Notes under the pieces: generated by a model
The model's input: the letters and a program-made list of their open reading frames with translations, nothing else
Told to the model about the DNA's origin: nothing
Databases searched by the model: none
DNA from: Yuukianura sp. NJ FZ-2021
Taxonomy: Eukaryota
Assembly (NCBI GenBank): GCA_046563655.1
Contig: CM102287.1
Coordinates: 2,542,001 to 2,606,000, forward strand
Length of the DNA: 64,000 bases
Direction: 5' to 3'
Shown: piece by piece, positions 11,601 to 24,830 of the stretch
Layout: each line of letters begins with the position of its first letter
Position numbering within the stretch: the stretch's first letter is position 1
Position numbers and translations under genes: made by a program

Positions 11601-13516
11601 TCGGAACTGGTCAACTGTGAGATGGAGTTAGGCTAACACTAACCTTAGTAGAATCTAATGGCAAGTCATCAATAAGGAATATCCTACAGCATATGGCGAC
11701 ACATAAAAATGACACTTCATTTCTCCCGTGCTGAAACGCTGGACAAGTGACCACACCAAAAGTGAAAAACGAGAAAGCACTGACCGAAAACGGCCCTCTT
11801 TTTAACAAAGTGCCTTTGACTTTCCTTTTCGTGCTAAACAAACCATAGCCTAACTAACACAATGTTAATTTTTTTAAAAATCTACTCAAAACCTTGAGTT
11901 CTTTTTGTTTACTTATCGAAAGTGCTGAAAGTTTACTTTTGGAACAGGAAGTGTTTAGCTCTCCAGAAAAACAAGCTTTCTTCACTTTAACTTTTTTCTA
12001 AAACTAAAAATTTTCATTTTCAGGAAAAAGTGAAATTCCAGCAGTTTCTTCTCTCCTCTCTTTCAAAATTCCAGAGTTGCTTTTTTCCTCATCTCCTATG
12101 CATATTTCCTCTTTCCTTAAAAATTCATGTTTTCGTGTGCAAACATTGGGAAGTTGCGTTTGGGAAATTGCATATTTGAGAATCCTAGCCCTGCGTATTT
12201 TTAGGTTGTTAACCTTACATGAGATGATGACTTGGTCTAACGTGAGTTGATGGTTAGGCTAACATTAGGTTAGCCTAACGTAACCTGGAGGAAGCAATTA
12301 ATTAAAGGAGGAAGGGGGAAGAGGTAAGCCAAGAGGCCTTTGATCCAGAGTGCATGGAGTGATCAATTTTTTAAAGACTTTCCCCGGGGGAAAGTGAAAC
12401 ACAAACAAGAACGGAATGCCCAGCAGTCATCCACTCCCCTCCACGTTCACAATTTCACTAATGGGCAGCAGCATCTCAAGATTCCGTGGTCGTTCCCTAG
12501 CAACGCAGTCTGACCATCCTAAACCTAACGTTAGCCTGACCTTAACCTAACCTTAGCCTAATGGAAAGCATGTCCGGACATTCTTACCTTCAAGAGCCTG
12601 TTGGTCTCCTGGGTCACTTTTCCAAAAACCCGCCAAATTGAGAACGAAACCGAAAAATAGTAAGGAATTTCTCTTTTTTGGGTTTTTTACTTTCACCTTC
12701 TAGAAACATACTAAAGTTAAGACAGATCCCATATTCGAAAAACTTTTTCGTTTTTGGATTTTGAAAGTCAAAAAATTGGAGAATGTAGAAGTTGGAATTC
12801 GGCTGGATCCGAGACTTTGTGATTTTGGGAGTGAAAGTTTGTTCCTCTTGTGCGTAACTTTCTTTTTTGTTTGGAAACACGAAGAGAGAGGAGTATAGTA
12901 GCGTAATGGGTGTCCCCAGGGCCTAAGTTGAATTCCATGTCGGAGGAAGTCATTCCATTCCACAATCCACAATCCATAGCAGATCCACAATCCACAGTCC
13001 ATTCCTTATTTAACAACAGTCAATATCCTCCCCTCATCCACTTTCTCCTTAACCAGCATCTTACACTCTCATCTCAATTCTAAATGGAATGGGACTCCCT
13101 AATAGTCAGAACAGGACGAGGGGCTACCTAATTCTCAGAACAGGCTGATTCAACAGACAACCCGAAATTTCGAACAGGGTTCCGCTTTCACCAAAACTGA
13201 ATTACATTTTTCAATTTAATGAAAATTTGAGAACTTAAACTCAGCAGGAAAAATGTTTTACTTCAATTTCTCCCGGGACAGACACGGTTGAAATTTTGCA
13301 AGTTATAAGTAATTCATGAAGTATTTCGTAATTACTGTGATTGTAATTACTTGATGAAGGACGCCTTTGAATTTTGCAGTTTCCAAAACTTTGCTGCCAA
13401 GAAAATGCAAATCTTTTGTCTATTTAGCAGCAGCTTAACCTATAAAGCTTGCATTTTGACTTTTAATTAGTGTAATTAGAAGTAGTTCGTCAAGTATTTC
13501 GTAATTATCAGTGTAA

Positions 13517-14320
13517 TTACTTGAACAAGAAAACAATTAGCAGAATGTAGAGCACGTGACCTTGAATTACTGGACTTCCGTTTCTGCATGTCTCTGTCTT
13601 GCCCTGGTAAAGCCACACGAGATCATCCATTTTGTCGATACTTTCACATCCGCTCAAATTCCTGTCGCGACAGCATCTCTCGAATTCTCTGACGAGCGGC
13701 TCTTTCAAATTTTGATTCTGCTTTTGGTTTTTCAAGATGCGTCCAAGTACTTTCGTAAAACAGGTTTTGTCCTGTGCCAATCTCAAGCACATTGCATCTC
13801 TGACGGACGGCGGAATTTTGACGATGAATGTTTCCGTCGTTTGTTCCGTTCCTCGGAGATGTTCCGATGTCGTCCGATTTTCAAAGGATTTTTCCGAAGT
13901 CAGATTTTCAAATGCTGGCGGTTGAAAAGTTGTGCCTTTTTGGGGTGGCGGTGTTGGAGTTGTGTGTTTTTGAGGTGGCGGTGCTCGCTGAACTGGGTCT
14001 GGGTTCGGGATGACCCAGCCTATTCCGGCACCCCGATTTTCCAAATTTGCTTTGGCTGCTTCTCTAGAGACATAGTAAATCGGTTTTCCTTGTGCTCGTC
14101 TCAGGGCTTTCAAGTTTTCTTGGGCTGCTCGCAGGGCCGTAACGTTTTCGGAGGATCGTTGCATCGTACGCAGCATTTTAGCAAATACGCGAAGCGCTTC
14201 TGGCGGTGGTTTGACGGTTGCTTTTGGCGGTTTTCGTGTTGGACGTCGAATTGCCAAAGATTCACTCATTAAAAGAAAAACGAAGAGAATCCAAAGACGA
14301 ACGGCGTTTGGTCCGGACAT
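13517..14320 (-). CDS. Secreted, putative GPI-anchored 6-Cys protein with a long basic, Pro/Thr-rich N-region, family member 7
   Basis: Signal peptide, C-x8-C...RCC-x7-C...TC, then NGS omega-like site and hydrophobic tail. Confidence 0.8.
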   Translation of the reverse strand: MSGPNAVRLWILFVFLLMSESLAIRRPTRKPPKATVKPPPEALRVFAKMLRTMQRSSENVTALRAAQENLKALRRAQGKPIYYVSREAAKANLENRGAGIGWVIPNPDPVQRAPPPQKHTTPTPPPQKGTTFQPPAFENLTSEKSFENRTTSEHLRGTEQTTETFIVKIPPSVRDAMCLRLAQDKTCFTKVLGRILKNQKQNQNLKEPLVREFERCCRDRNLSGCESIDKMDDLVWLYQGKTETCRNGSPVIQGHVLYILLIVFLFK

Positions 14321-16781
14321 GGCAACTTTTCACGTCAAAAGTTGTGGAAGACTGGTAAAAGTTGATACGAATGTCAAAGGTCAACAATTTGCTGTTTTTG
14401 TTCGAAAAAAAAAGAACAGAGTTTCAAAAATTTATTCAACATCTGAACTAATTTTTCAAACATTCAATTCACAGGGTAACAAAAAATACGTTTGAGAGAA
14501 AGTGCAAAAGTTTTCAGAAAATCTAAAATTTTGGAATATTTCTGAGTGTTTTGGCGTCGAAGTTATGCAAAAACCATTTTGTTTCTCCCCCAATTTTGCC
14601 CGCGGGAAAATTCTAAAAGGAAAACCACAATTTGAGTCGTTTGCTTTTACAACGCTTCTGATCATTTCCAAATTGTTTTGAATTATTTTGTGGTCCTGAA
14701 TTCAAATTGGTTTGAAATTTTTGAAATTTCGGGGTTTCATAAACTGGAGAAAGATGAAGAAAGTAATATTTGGGAGAATGTCAATTTGAGTTGAGTGGTT
14801 TCGGTTGTTCATAATTCAAAAGCGGGTGGAATGCCAAGTCCAGACAGATTTACAGAATCCCATTGTTTTCCAGGGGAAGATTTCCAGAAGAAGTGGTTTC
14901 TCTAATAGCCTAACGTAAAAGTACGTTTTCTCCATAACCTAACATGGTAAATGTACAAAATACTATGACTCTCCCCTCATAGTGCCTCGGAGCCACAATG
15001 AAGCAGGAGATTTGATTAAGGAGAAAGCAATAGGAACTCCACTTTCACTCTATTTCCGCCCTCACTACATTCCTTTACTAACAATTCACTCACTTATTTG
15101 TCAACGGCCATTTCAACTCTATGTATTACCGTAAATCTCCTAATAATGGACCACATTTGCTAAAAAATTAACATAAACTAACATTTCAAAGTTTTAAAAC
15201 TTATTTCAGAAAAAAAGTCACTTGCATTGATTTCTTGTGTAACTTTTGCGCGGTTTAAAAGAAAGACAAACTAAACTCTAAAAAAAATTATGTTTTAATT
15301 TTTGTCTCTTGTCTGATTCATTTATTTTTTCAGACGGCGTAGAATTCAAACATCAAAATATTCAAAAATTTTGAAATTTTTCACAATTGGCTATTAGAAA
15401 TTTTAAAAGTGTTAAAAATGAAAGTGTTTTTATTTGAAGTTTTACGGTACTTTTCAAATCTATTAAAGTAACACAGAAGATAAGCCGAGGAAAGTAATTT
15501 TTTAGGATTTGGATTCAGTTGTCGTTCGGAGAAAGTTTCAATTCATTCGATTCGGACATGGAGAAAGCACTTTCAAGCCAAAAAACTGTGATAACTTTTA
15601 GTCTCCAACTTTCTTTTTTGTTTACTCCAGCCTCTTTTTTGTTTCAAGTCATATTTTTAGACAAAAGTCAAGGATTGAGCAAGTTCTGAACAAGACTTTC
15701 ATAACTTACGATTCAAAATGTGCCGCCACAATTTTTGGTGGGATTAGACCCACCCTAGTCATACCCATCGTAATACATATTAATACACTTTCTCCAATTC
15801 CATCCAATTTCATTCAAGCGGATTACAAAAGTTGGAAAAACCGAATTTCGGATTTGGAAACTTTTTCCGTTTTTCTTAGAAAGATATTTGTTCTGGCTGT
15901 CATGTCGAAGCTGTCAAGGTTGCGGAAGCTCCGACTCTTGACAAATAATGCCCGCATTCCCCTGCCTGCCTGCCTGCTTGCCTGCATTCCCTGCCTGCCT
16001 GTCTGCGGAATGCAAAGGTGTGGGTGGAATAATGGTGGCAGAATTCAAAAAGACATTGGAGATAATGGTGGGACTTTGTTCACTGTCATGTCACTCGGAA
16101 CAAGGATATTGCACAAAATCCAATATCCTCTTTTACTTAGCCCCACCACGGCCCCACCGAGACCCACCACAGGAAACGCAGAACAGGAAGTCCACAGTTT
16201 GATATTCCGAACAGCTAGAGTCCTTCGACAGGACTTCAATTCACAAATTCCGCAAGGAATTGCAGCTCAGGTCAAAGGTCACCAAAGTCATGGAAAAAAC
16301 TCCAACTTTTTCTCTACACCAAAAATTTCAGTTTTTCTCTAAAAACTGAAACTCTGGAGGGAGAAAAAATTTTTTCGCACTTTCTACTTTCTCTCAAACA
16401 TTTTCTTTCAATTTTTGCCTCAAATTTTTAAAGAAAACTTGAATAAAAGTTGCAGCGTCCTGTTGTGTGTAGAAATCATGAAATCTTTCACTTTTTTTAA
16501 AAGCATTTTTTAAAATCTTTCCTAACAATTACCAAGAAAACCACGATGGTTAAAATCGCTAACAAAAATCTGTTTCTTGGCAATCCACTTTAATTTTTTT
16601 CGGAATCAAATTGCAATCCAAGTAAAAGTGTCGCTAAAGTCTCAGGTTAAATTCTGAAATACTTCAATTACTATAATATATAAATTTTATTTTTATAATC
16701 CATAATTTATAATTTTTATAATTTCTTCTATAATTCATTTGCACTGTTGCAGAGTGAAGATCTGTGTTGCGCATGGTTGAA

Positions 16782-17306
16782 ATGGCCTTGTCAGGAGGGG
16801 TTGCTGGTGGTCGTTGGATGGTGGCGTTGGTTTTGGTGGGTCTGGCCGGTGGGATCTTGGTTGGTGGGGCCGAGCCACCAATTCCAAGGAAGATGACAGG
16901 CTTAGAGATGTTTGCTATGGCCCTTCTGAACAACGCTTCTTTGATTCCTCCGAAGTTGGAACCTCGTAGTGTGAGTAGTTCGAAGGAAGATGTGCGTACA
17001 GCGGTGTGCCGAATGTACGGAACTGATCCGAAGAGTGTCATGAAAAAGCTGATCCTGGCCATACCTGAGCTCCAAGTGTTGGGAGAGGCGTACGTTGACA
17101 GGAACACTCAGAAGTGCTGTGCTAAACTGGGAGTCGCAGGGTGTGAACAGGTCGACAGAACTGCTAGCAAACAATACGATGGCTCCTTGGATCACCGCAA
17201 AACGGAAGGAAAGAGCGACAAATCCCCTCAAACCAAAATTAAAACAACGCTCAGCCTTCAGCTCAAATTTCTTGTTCTTACTGGTTTCTTAAAACTCCTC
17301 GTCTAA
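16782..17306 (+). CDS. Family member 8, 4-Cys variant with C2 and C6 lost
   Basis: MALSG signal, shared 5' leader, C...(S)...KCC-x7-C...LDH(R) and LKFLVLT tail. Confidence 0.75.
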   Translation: MALSGGVAGGRWMVALVLVGLAGGILVGGAEPPIPRKMTGLEMFAMALLNNASLIPPKLEPRSVSSSKEDVRTAVCRMYGTDPKSVMKKLILAIPELQVLGEAYVDRNTQKCCAKLGVAGCEQVDRTASKQYDGSLDHRKTEGKSDKSPQTKIKTTLSLQLKFLVLTGFLKLLV

Positions 17307-19479
17307 ATGAAAAAGATAGGAAAACTTTAAATAAAAGTGAAAAGTTTAAATAAAAACGACAAATTAAAAGAAAACCGAAACATTCCAGATTTCAGAAAAT
17401 GAAAGATTTTGAAAAGAAAATGTAAGGTCTTAGAAAGTGTGAGATTTTGGAAAGTAGAAAGTGTGAAATTTTTGAAAAATGGAAATGTAAGATTTTGAAA
17501 AGTAGAAAATGATTTCAGAAAGTGTAAAATTTTGAAAGTGGAGAGTGTATTATATGGAGTGGGGTGTGTTGGATTAGATTTGTGTAGAATAATGATAATT
17601 TAAGAGAGGGGAATGCAGTAGAAGATGAAGTTTATTCCCTCAATAGTCGTTTGTCTCAAATAACCAAACAAATGAATATGTTGATTTCCAGGGGCAAACT
17701 GCATCTCCTTTCTCCCTCTTTCTCTTTCTTTCTCTTGCGTAACGTTAGGTTATGTTCGTGTTAGACTTAGGTTTGCCTGGGAGGAATTGATGAAGGAACT
17801 GCATCCGATGCATCTCTTCTTCCAGAATCCAGCATCCCTCCAGCTCCCAAATCCTTTGATGTTTACGTCCTGGATTTACCTTCCTCCCTCTCTTCGTTTA
17901 CAAACGTGTTCAAACAAAATCCAAAACTAAAACACTATCTCTTCTCTCAAAATATAAACAACTATAATAGTCACTTCTGCTGAAAAATAGCAAAAAGAGC
18001 TAAAATTTTGGAAATTCTGATATTCGGTTTTTGAAAATCTAAAAAGTAGAAATGTAGAGTTGTTGAAAATTTGGGAATTGAACAAGTCCTTAGCTGGTTT
18101 CTTAGAAATTGTGTTAGGAAGAGAGAAAGTGGAGGGGAAAGTGGGAGTGACATGCGTGAGGTATTGAAGTCCTAAAACCTTGGGGCAGTTTCCCATTAAC
18201 TTTTTCAGATGCTGGATGCTGGATGCTGGTCCAAGTTTCAATTAACCTCTTCCGCTCTGCAAGCATCTTGGAAGAAGCCAAGAGAAGGGGGAGACAATTC
18301 CTCTGAAATCAAAGGAAACGCAATTTCTCCTCCATTTTCACTCATTTCCTTCTTCTTTCTTGGCAAAAGGAGGAATCTTCTAAAAAGAAGCCACAAACTG
18401 ATTCGATTTCAATTAAATTACAATCTCAATTTAATTACAAATTACAACTTCAATTACGAAGGCAGTCATGCGTTTTCTCAGCCAAATTGCAAATTCCACT
18501 TGATTCGAAACAGAAAAAAAAATTTCAAGTTTCGAAAAAAAAAGTTGCAAATCAAAATTTACTTTGGAATTTGATAAACTTTGCAGTTTGTGTCCACATG
18601 ATTTTTGTTTTGCTTTCACTTTTGATTTTTGGAATTTGAACTTGATGACAGGAAAATTACAAGCCTTTAATTTTTTTTCATTTAAAAACTTCACTTTTTC
18701 AAGTAGGTTGCGTGATACTTTTTTGAACAAGTTTTTGGAAACAGGTGGAACGATAAAAAGTAAAACTGATTAGCCCAGACGCTTTTTGCTAAAATTTGAT
18801 ACAAAAAAGTGTAAAAAGTACTTCAATTTTTCACTTGTTTTTAGTCTGAAGTGGAATTTCTAATCTGTGCAAAATCCAAGTGGACAAAGAGGTCAATGTG
18901 TTTTTGCAAAAGGAGAAAGTGATCTCTGACGACAGCGATTCACCTGTCAGCAGGTAGCTAAACTGATAACGAATTTTATAACGAAAAAATCGTGATTTTT
19001 TGCAAATTCCATTCTCTTCGTTCGTGAAATTCGCAACACCTGTCGATGCTTTCCAAAGTCCAAATTCCCCTGGAAACTATGTTTTAGTTCAGTTATTTTC
19101 ACAGTTAATCCAAATGACCTTGAAAATCAGAAGTTGACCTCAAAATTATTGCAGTTTGGAAAGTGATCATGCGCCTGCATGCGCTAATTCAGGGACGAAT
19201 TGAACAAATTTGTAATCTAATCTTAGCTAACTAACGAATTAACGTTGGTTTTATAACAAAAGTAAGCGATGGCACCTGTCCAAATCAACCTGTTGTCTAC
19301 TACTTTATGACGAATTAGTCATTTTATGAAATTTTGAAGTGTATTTGAAGCAGAGTCCAAGTGGTGAACCTCTCTCAGTCTGGAATTGGAAGTGGAGTCG
19401 GTGGGAAAAAGTTTTAAATTGAGATTGGTAATTGTTAATTGTGGTTTTATGTGCTGAATTAGTTCAAAAGTGAGAAATT

Positions 19480-22400
19480 ATGAGGAAATTGACACTTCAA
19501 AATCGTTTTGGCGACTATGGGGGGAAAACGACTCTATTTTCCTGGATTTCCATTGGCTTTCTTTTGGCGTCCTTCGGAATTTCTGTAAGTACAAATAATA
19601 ACTAAACTAAGCACCGCTTGAAATTTCCTGGCCTGAGCGGATATATAAAATGTGACGAATTTTTATGCAGATTTGTCACTGCTTTCTTGCATAACAATTT
19701 TTAAATGGTGTCGAAATCAGAAAATTTTCGTCACTAAAAATTGACATATTGTGGTCAGAAAATTTTTTGGTGAAGAAAAATTTTCTGATCTTGGAAATTT
19801 ATGGCCAGTGACATTCTTGGTCTTGGATTTTTTCGGTCGTTTCTTCGGAAAATGTTTGCTTCAGGAAATTTTTTACCAGGAATTTTTTTGTCAGAAACTT
19901 TCTCTCAGGCAATTTAGCGACCTCATCTCACTTTTTGCAGGTCAAAGGTCAAGAGGACAAGCAGATGTGTGTTGTGCATGGAAAATGTGCTCCGGAGGAA
20001 CCTGGCGGTGCACCGCACTATCTCTGTCTGTGGAACAAAGAACCGGAAGTTGTCGCAGAAACTACTGCGATAAACAAGTTGCGGGAATACTGTCCAGAAC
20101 TGGTCGAAAAATACGGAAACAAGTTATGCTGCAATGCTGCGCAGATCAATGACCTTGCAGCATCTTTTGACCTTTCACTGCCCATGTTCAAGCGATGTCC
20201 CACTTGCTTATATAACTTCAGACAAGCATACTGCGACTTCCCATGCTCACCTTATCAGTATCGTTTCATCAGCGTCAACGAAACAATCGTAGAGGGAAAA
20301 CAGGAGAGTGCGAAAAGTGTAAATTTTTACATTGGAAATGAATACGTTGAGGAAACTTACGACAGTTGCAAGGACGTTGTAATGAGCAGTACCAACGAGA
20401 AGGTCATGGCGTTCATGTGCGGACCATGGGGCACCTATCACTGTACTGCCCAAAGGTGGTACGAATTCATGGGAGATAGTACTTCCAACTCATTTACACC
20501 ATTTACAATCAACTACAAGTTCATGGATGTCGTGGACGAAGCAGTTACCGTACCGGGTACCGACGGTATCGTCGGATACAACAACGAAACTTTCGCCTGC
20601 TCCGATGTTGCTCCGGTAAGTTTTTCAAACCGGTAAATTTGAACGTTTGACCTTGAATGACCTTGGAATTTTTGTAGGGAGAGACGATAGCTTGCGGCTG
20701 CGTGGATTGTTTAGGAAGTTGTCCAGCACCGGCTCCGCCGCGAATCAAGACGGAATGGGCGTTTGAATTTGAGTTTGGACCGGAAGAGTTTTTCATTACC
20801 GTTGTGACGCTGATTGGTGTACTGATTATCGTTGTACTGGCATGTGCTTTCAAGAAACAACTGAAAGTACTTGGCGCAGTAATGGATGATGCTGGACTAG
20901 CATTTGAAGAATTCATCGAATTAGTCTTCACCCGATTGGCAACTTGTAAGATTTCACCAATTTTCGACCAGAAAATCGACAATTTTCATGTTTAAACCTT
21001 TTTTGTGTCGGTTTTTAGTTTCTGCCCAATTTCCGATTTTTGTCATAATTCCTGGAATTCTGGCGGTATGCGGTCTCGCAGTCGGATTCGCGTTTCTGCA
21101 AATCACGACGGATCCGGTCGAACTTTGGGCCGCACCAACTTCGCGATCCCGTATCGAAAAAGACTACTACGACACGACATTCGTACCGTTCTACCGAAAC
21201 GAACAGCTGATCGTCACGGCCGTCGGTTTGGGCACAATCGATCACCTGACTGCCACTGGACTAGAAAACTTCGGGCCAATTTTCAATCTAGACTTCATGA
21301 AGGAATTACTTGCACTTCAGGATGCGTTAGCCTACGAAGTCTATGGAATTGACCCAGATACGGGTGAACGCGTGTACCTAGACGACATTTGCTTCAAGCC
21401 ACTTGAACCCTTGAACTCAAAATGTGCCATCATGAGCTACCTGAACTACTGGCAAAATAATTACACAAATATCCTGACAACTGCGAATCGAACTGATGCC
21501 AACGGAGAACCGATAGAAGAAGTTGATAACTATCTGGACCATTTTGAATTTTGTTCGGTCAATACCGCGGCACCAGTTGATGCCACGATGTTACAGATGA
21601 GTTGCATGGGAGATTTCGGTGGACCAATCGAGCCGCGAGTCGTTCTTGGCGGATTTCTGAACTCCAGTAAGTTTACCGGTTTGTTTTATTCCGTACCGGT
21701 TTGACCGGAAACTGTAATGGCGTTTGGCAACAGTCCCATTTTTCCAAAACTGCCAAGAATTGAGATGTAGTGCCTGTTATGGTAGCCTTCCAATTCCATT
21801 TTTTAATTGGAACCTGATGGCTCAATGGTAAAGGTTTTTCCCGGAATGAAGAAAAGTGGGTTCGAGTCCCACTCGGATCATCAATTTTTCCGTACTGTTT
21901 TTCCTTATATTTTAATTCTGTTTTCTCTCCTTAGCCTATCTTCCACCGGATCCACCGTATCAAGATGCCAACACTGCCGTCATTACGTTTATCGTCAACA
22001 ATCATGTGGACAAGCAGAAACAAAGAAAAGCAAAAGCATGGGAAGCTGCCTATATCGAGTACATGAAATCCTATGTTCAGAAAGACGGTCCAATGAAGGC
22101 CAACATGGCCATAGCATTCAGCGCTGAGCGGAGTATCGAAGATGAACTGGAGCGACAAAGCCGGAGCGACGTTGTCACCGTCATGGCGTCCTACATCATC
22201 ATGTTCCTCTACATCGCCGTTGCCCTCGGAGAGCAACATAGCTGGAAGCGACTTTTGGTAAGTCAATTCCAAAAGTTAGAAAGGTCAAATGTCAAAGGTC
22301 AAAATTTGACCTCAACTTACTTTGTTTAGGTGGACAGCAAAGTGTCTCTGGGTCTCGTTGGAGTGTCCATTGTGTTGATGTCAGTCGTGGCATCAATTGG

Positions 22401-24830
22401 ACTCTACGGATTCATTGGGGTCAAGGCAACTCTGATTGTGATTGAGGTCATTCCGTTCCTTGTACTGGCTGTCGGAGTGGACAATATTTTCATCATGGTC
22501 CAGACGCTCCAAAGAACTGAACGAAAACCAACAGAGTCAAGGCCAGAACACATCGGACGGGTCATTGGCCACGTCGCTCCTTCCATGATGCTCAACTCCG
22601 TCACTGATTCTGCGTCGTTTTTCTTGGGTAAGTGACTTTAAATTTCAAAAACTTAAATTTTCAAAAATTTGGGGTCAAAGGTCAGCATTTCAACAAATTT
22701 AAAATTTTTGTTTAGGCGGACTTTCTGGAATGCCGGCAGTACAAGCGTTTGCTTTCTACGCTGGAGCAGCGCTGCTTTTCAATTTCATGTTGCAATTCAC
22801 AGTTTTCATTGCTTTCCTGTCGCTGGATTTGAAGCGCCAAGAAGCTGGACGGTGGGACATCCTTTGCTGGTAAGTGAAAAAGCAATTACGAATTACATAA
22901 ATTACGAATTACTAATGAATTACATCCAATTACTTTGAATTTTTTCAGTATTCCTCAAAAAAGTGCTGAGAAGCCTGTGCACAAAGATGGTTGGCTGTTC
23001 AAAATTTTCAAGAACTTTTACGCTCCGTTCCTCCTGTCGTTCCCTGTTCGGATCTTCGTTCTGATTGGGTTCATCTTGTGGCTGGGTGCTTCCATGATCA
23101 TGATTCCAAAGATCGAGGTGGGGCTGGACCAGCAGTTGTCCATGCCAGAAGACTCCTATGTCCTCACCTACTTCGAAGCCATGCTCAACTACTTGTCAGT
23201 GGGGCCTCCGGTATACTTTGTTGTCAAGGATACGGGGTTTCCATACCATTTGAACCCAGAAACCCAGGATTTGATCAGAGGAGGCCAGAATCCATACTCT
23301 CTTGTGTCCCAAATCTACTCTGCCAGTAGAAGTTCCAATACTTCCTATATTGCCAAACCCGCTGCTTCATGGATCGACGACTATCGTGATTGGGCAGCCA
23401 TAGATGGATGTTGTCTGTTCAACGGAACACGGGAGTACTCCATGTTTTGTCCCAGCGGAGATCCAGATTCGAGGTAAATATGACCTTTGACCTGCTAGTT
23501 TCCTTTGAAAGTTTTTCAAGGTCATTGTTTTTTTTTTCAGGAAATGCCGACCTTGTGAGATGACTTTGGATGAGAACACTGGATTTATTTTGCCAGAGGA
23601 TTTTGAAAAGTACTTGACCTACTTTTTGCGTGACAATCCACACGAGAGTTGTCCAAAAGCAGGTCACTCGGCTTATGGTGACGCAGTGAGATACGACGAG
23701 TCAGAGGATGGGCATGTCCCAACTGCATCGTACTTCATGACCTACCACACCATTCTCAAGACTTCTGCAGATTACATTCAAGCACTGGAAGAAGCGAGGC
23801 TTCTCTCTGCAAACTTGTCTGATACACTCAACACAGGTAAAAACTTTGAAAAAATGCTATTTTTTTAGATTTTGAATTTTGGAAATTTTGAATTTCAGGG
23901 ACAAATTCCACCGTGCATGAAGTTTTTCCGTACTCCATTTTCTACGTGTACTACGAACAATATCTGACCATGTGGAGAGACACAATTCAGTCAGTCGGAA
24001 TCAGTTTCGCAGCCATTTTTGTCGTAACCTTCCTGCTGACAGGGTTCAACATCTTTTCGGCCCTGATTATTCTGCTAACTGTGGCCATGATCATCATTGA
24101 CATCGGAGGACTCATGTACTACTGGGACATTCCACTCAACGCCATTTCTCTCGTCAATCTCGTCATGGTGAGAAGAATTTCAAAAAATCTAGAATTTTGA
24201 AGAGTTTTAGAATTTCCGGGAAATTTTAACCGGGAATTACCGGGAAATGAAATGTGGAGAGTTTTTTTTTTCATTTTGAAACCTGAATTTTTGCCATCGT
24301 GTGCAACCAGAATTTCAACAAATCTAAAACTTCTAAGAATTTCGAATTTTCTGGGAAATACTCTGGGAATTACCGGGAATGTCAACTAGAGAGTTTTTGT
24401 ACCGTTTTTAAACCCTGAATTTTTTTAAATCAATTTTTTTGGTTTCTAGGCAGTTGGAATTGGTGTAGAGTTTTGTACCCATTTGACCCATGAGTTCACG
24501 GTGTCAGAGAAGGAGAGTCGCCTGGCCAGAGCTGCCGACAGTCTCGTCCACATCGGAATCTCCGTTTTCACGGGCATTACCCTCACAAAGCTCGGAGGAA
24601 TCCTCTGTCTCGGATTGGCCAAGTCACAGATCTTCCGGGTATTCTACTTCCGCATGTACTTGGCCATCGTCCTCTTCGGAGCTGCTCATGGCCTCATCTT
24701 CCTCCCTGTTCTCTTGTCTTTCATTGGGCCACCGTCCAGGAGACGCAGAAGGGCTCAGGGGACCCTTAGACCTCCACTGGACAAGGCATTCGTCTTTCAA
24801 GGGCTCCCCCCAACACCCTCCTCTTCCTAA
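19480..24830 (+). CDS. NPC1: Niemann-Pick C1 family sterol transporter, ~1313 aa; exons 19480-19584, 19941-20615, 20678-20945, 21019-21666, 21935-22257, 22330-22627, 22716-22869, 22949-23473, 23541-23836, 23899-24167, 24450-24830
   Basis: Cys-rich NPC1 N-domain ([14 protein letters not shown]), TTDPVELW, sterol-sensing domain ([17 protein letters not shown]), [23 protein letters not shown] and [11 protein letters not shown]. All GT-AG joins are in frame. Confidence 0.95.
21811..21880 (+). pseudogene. tRNA-like element (tRNA pseudogene or SINE head) in NPC1 intron 4
   Basis: A-box TGGCTCAATGG, perfect T-arm GTGGG-TTCGAGT-CCCAC, anticodon stem TTTTC/GAAGA with loop CCGGAAT, imperfect acceptor and D stems, and a T5 run just downstream. 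Confidence 0.65.

Noticed and set aside
13556..14272. 238-aa plus-strand ORF
   Set aside because: Antisense shadow of the 13517-14320 gene with no protein-like features.
15854..16342. 162-aa ORF including (CCTG)n
   Set aside because: Partly microsatellite-derived, with no recognisable domain or splice support.
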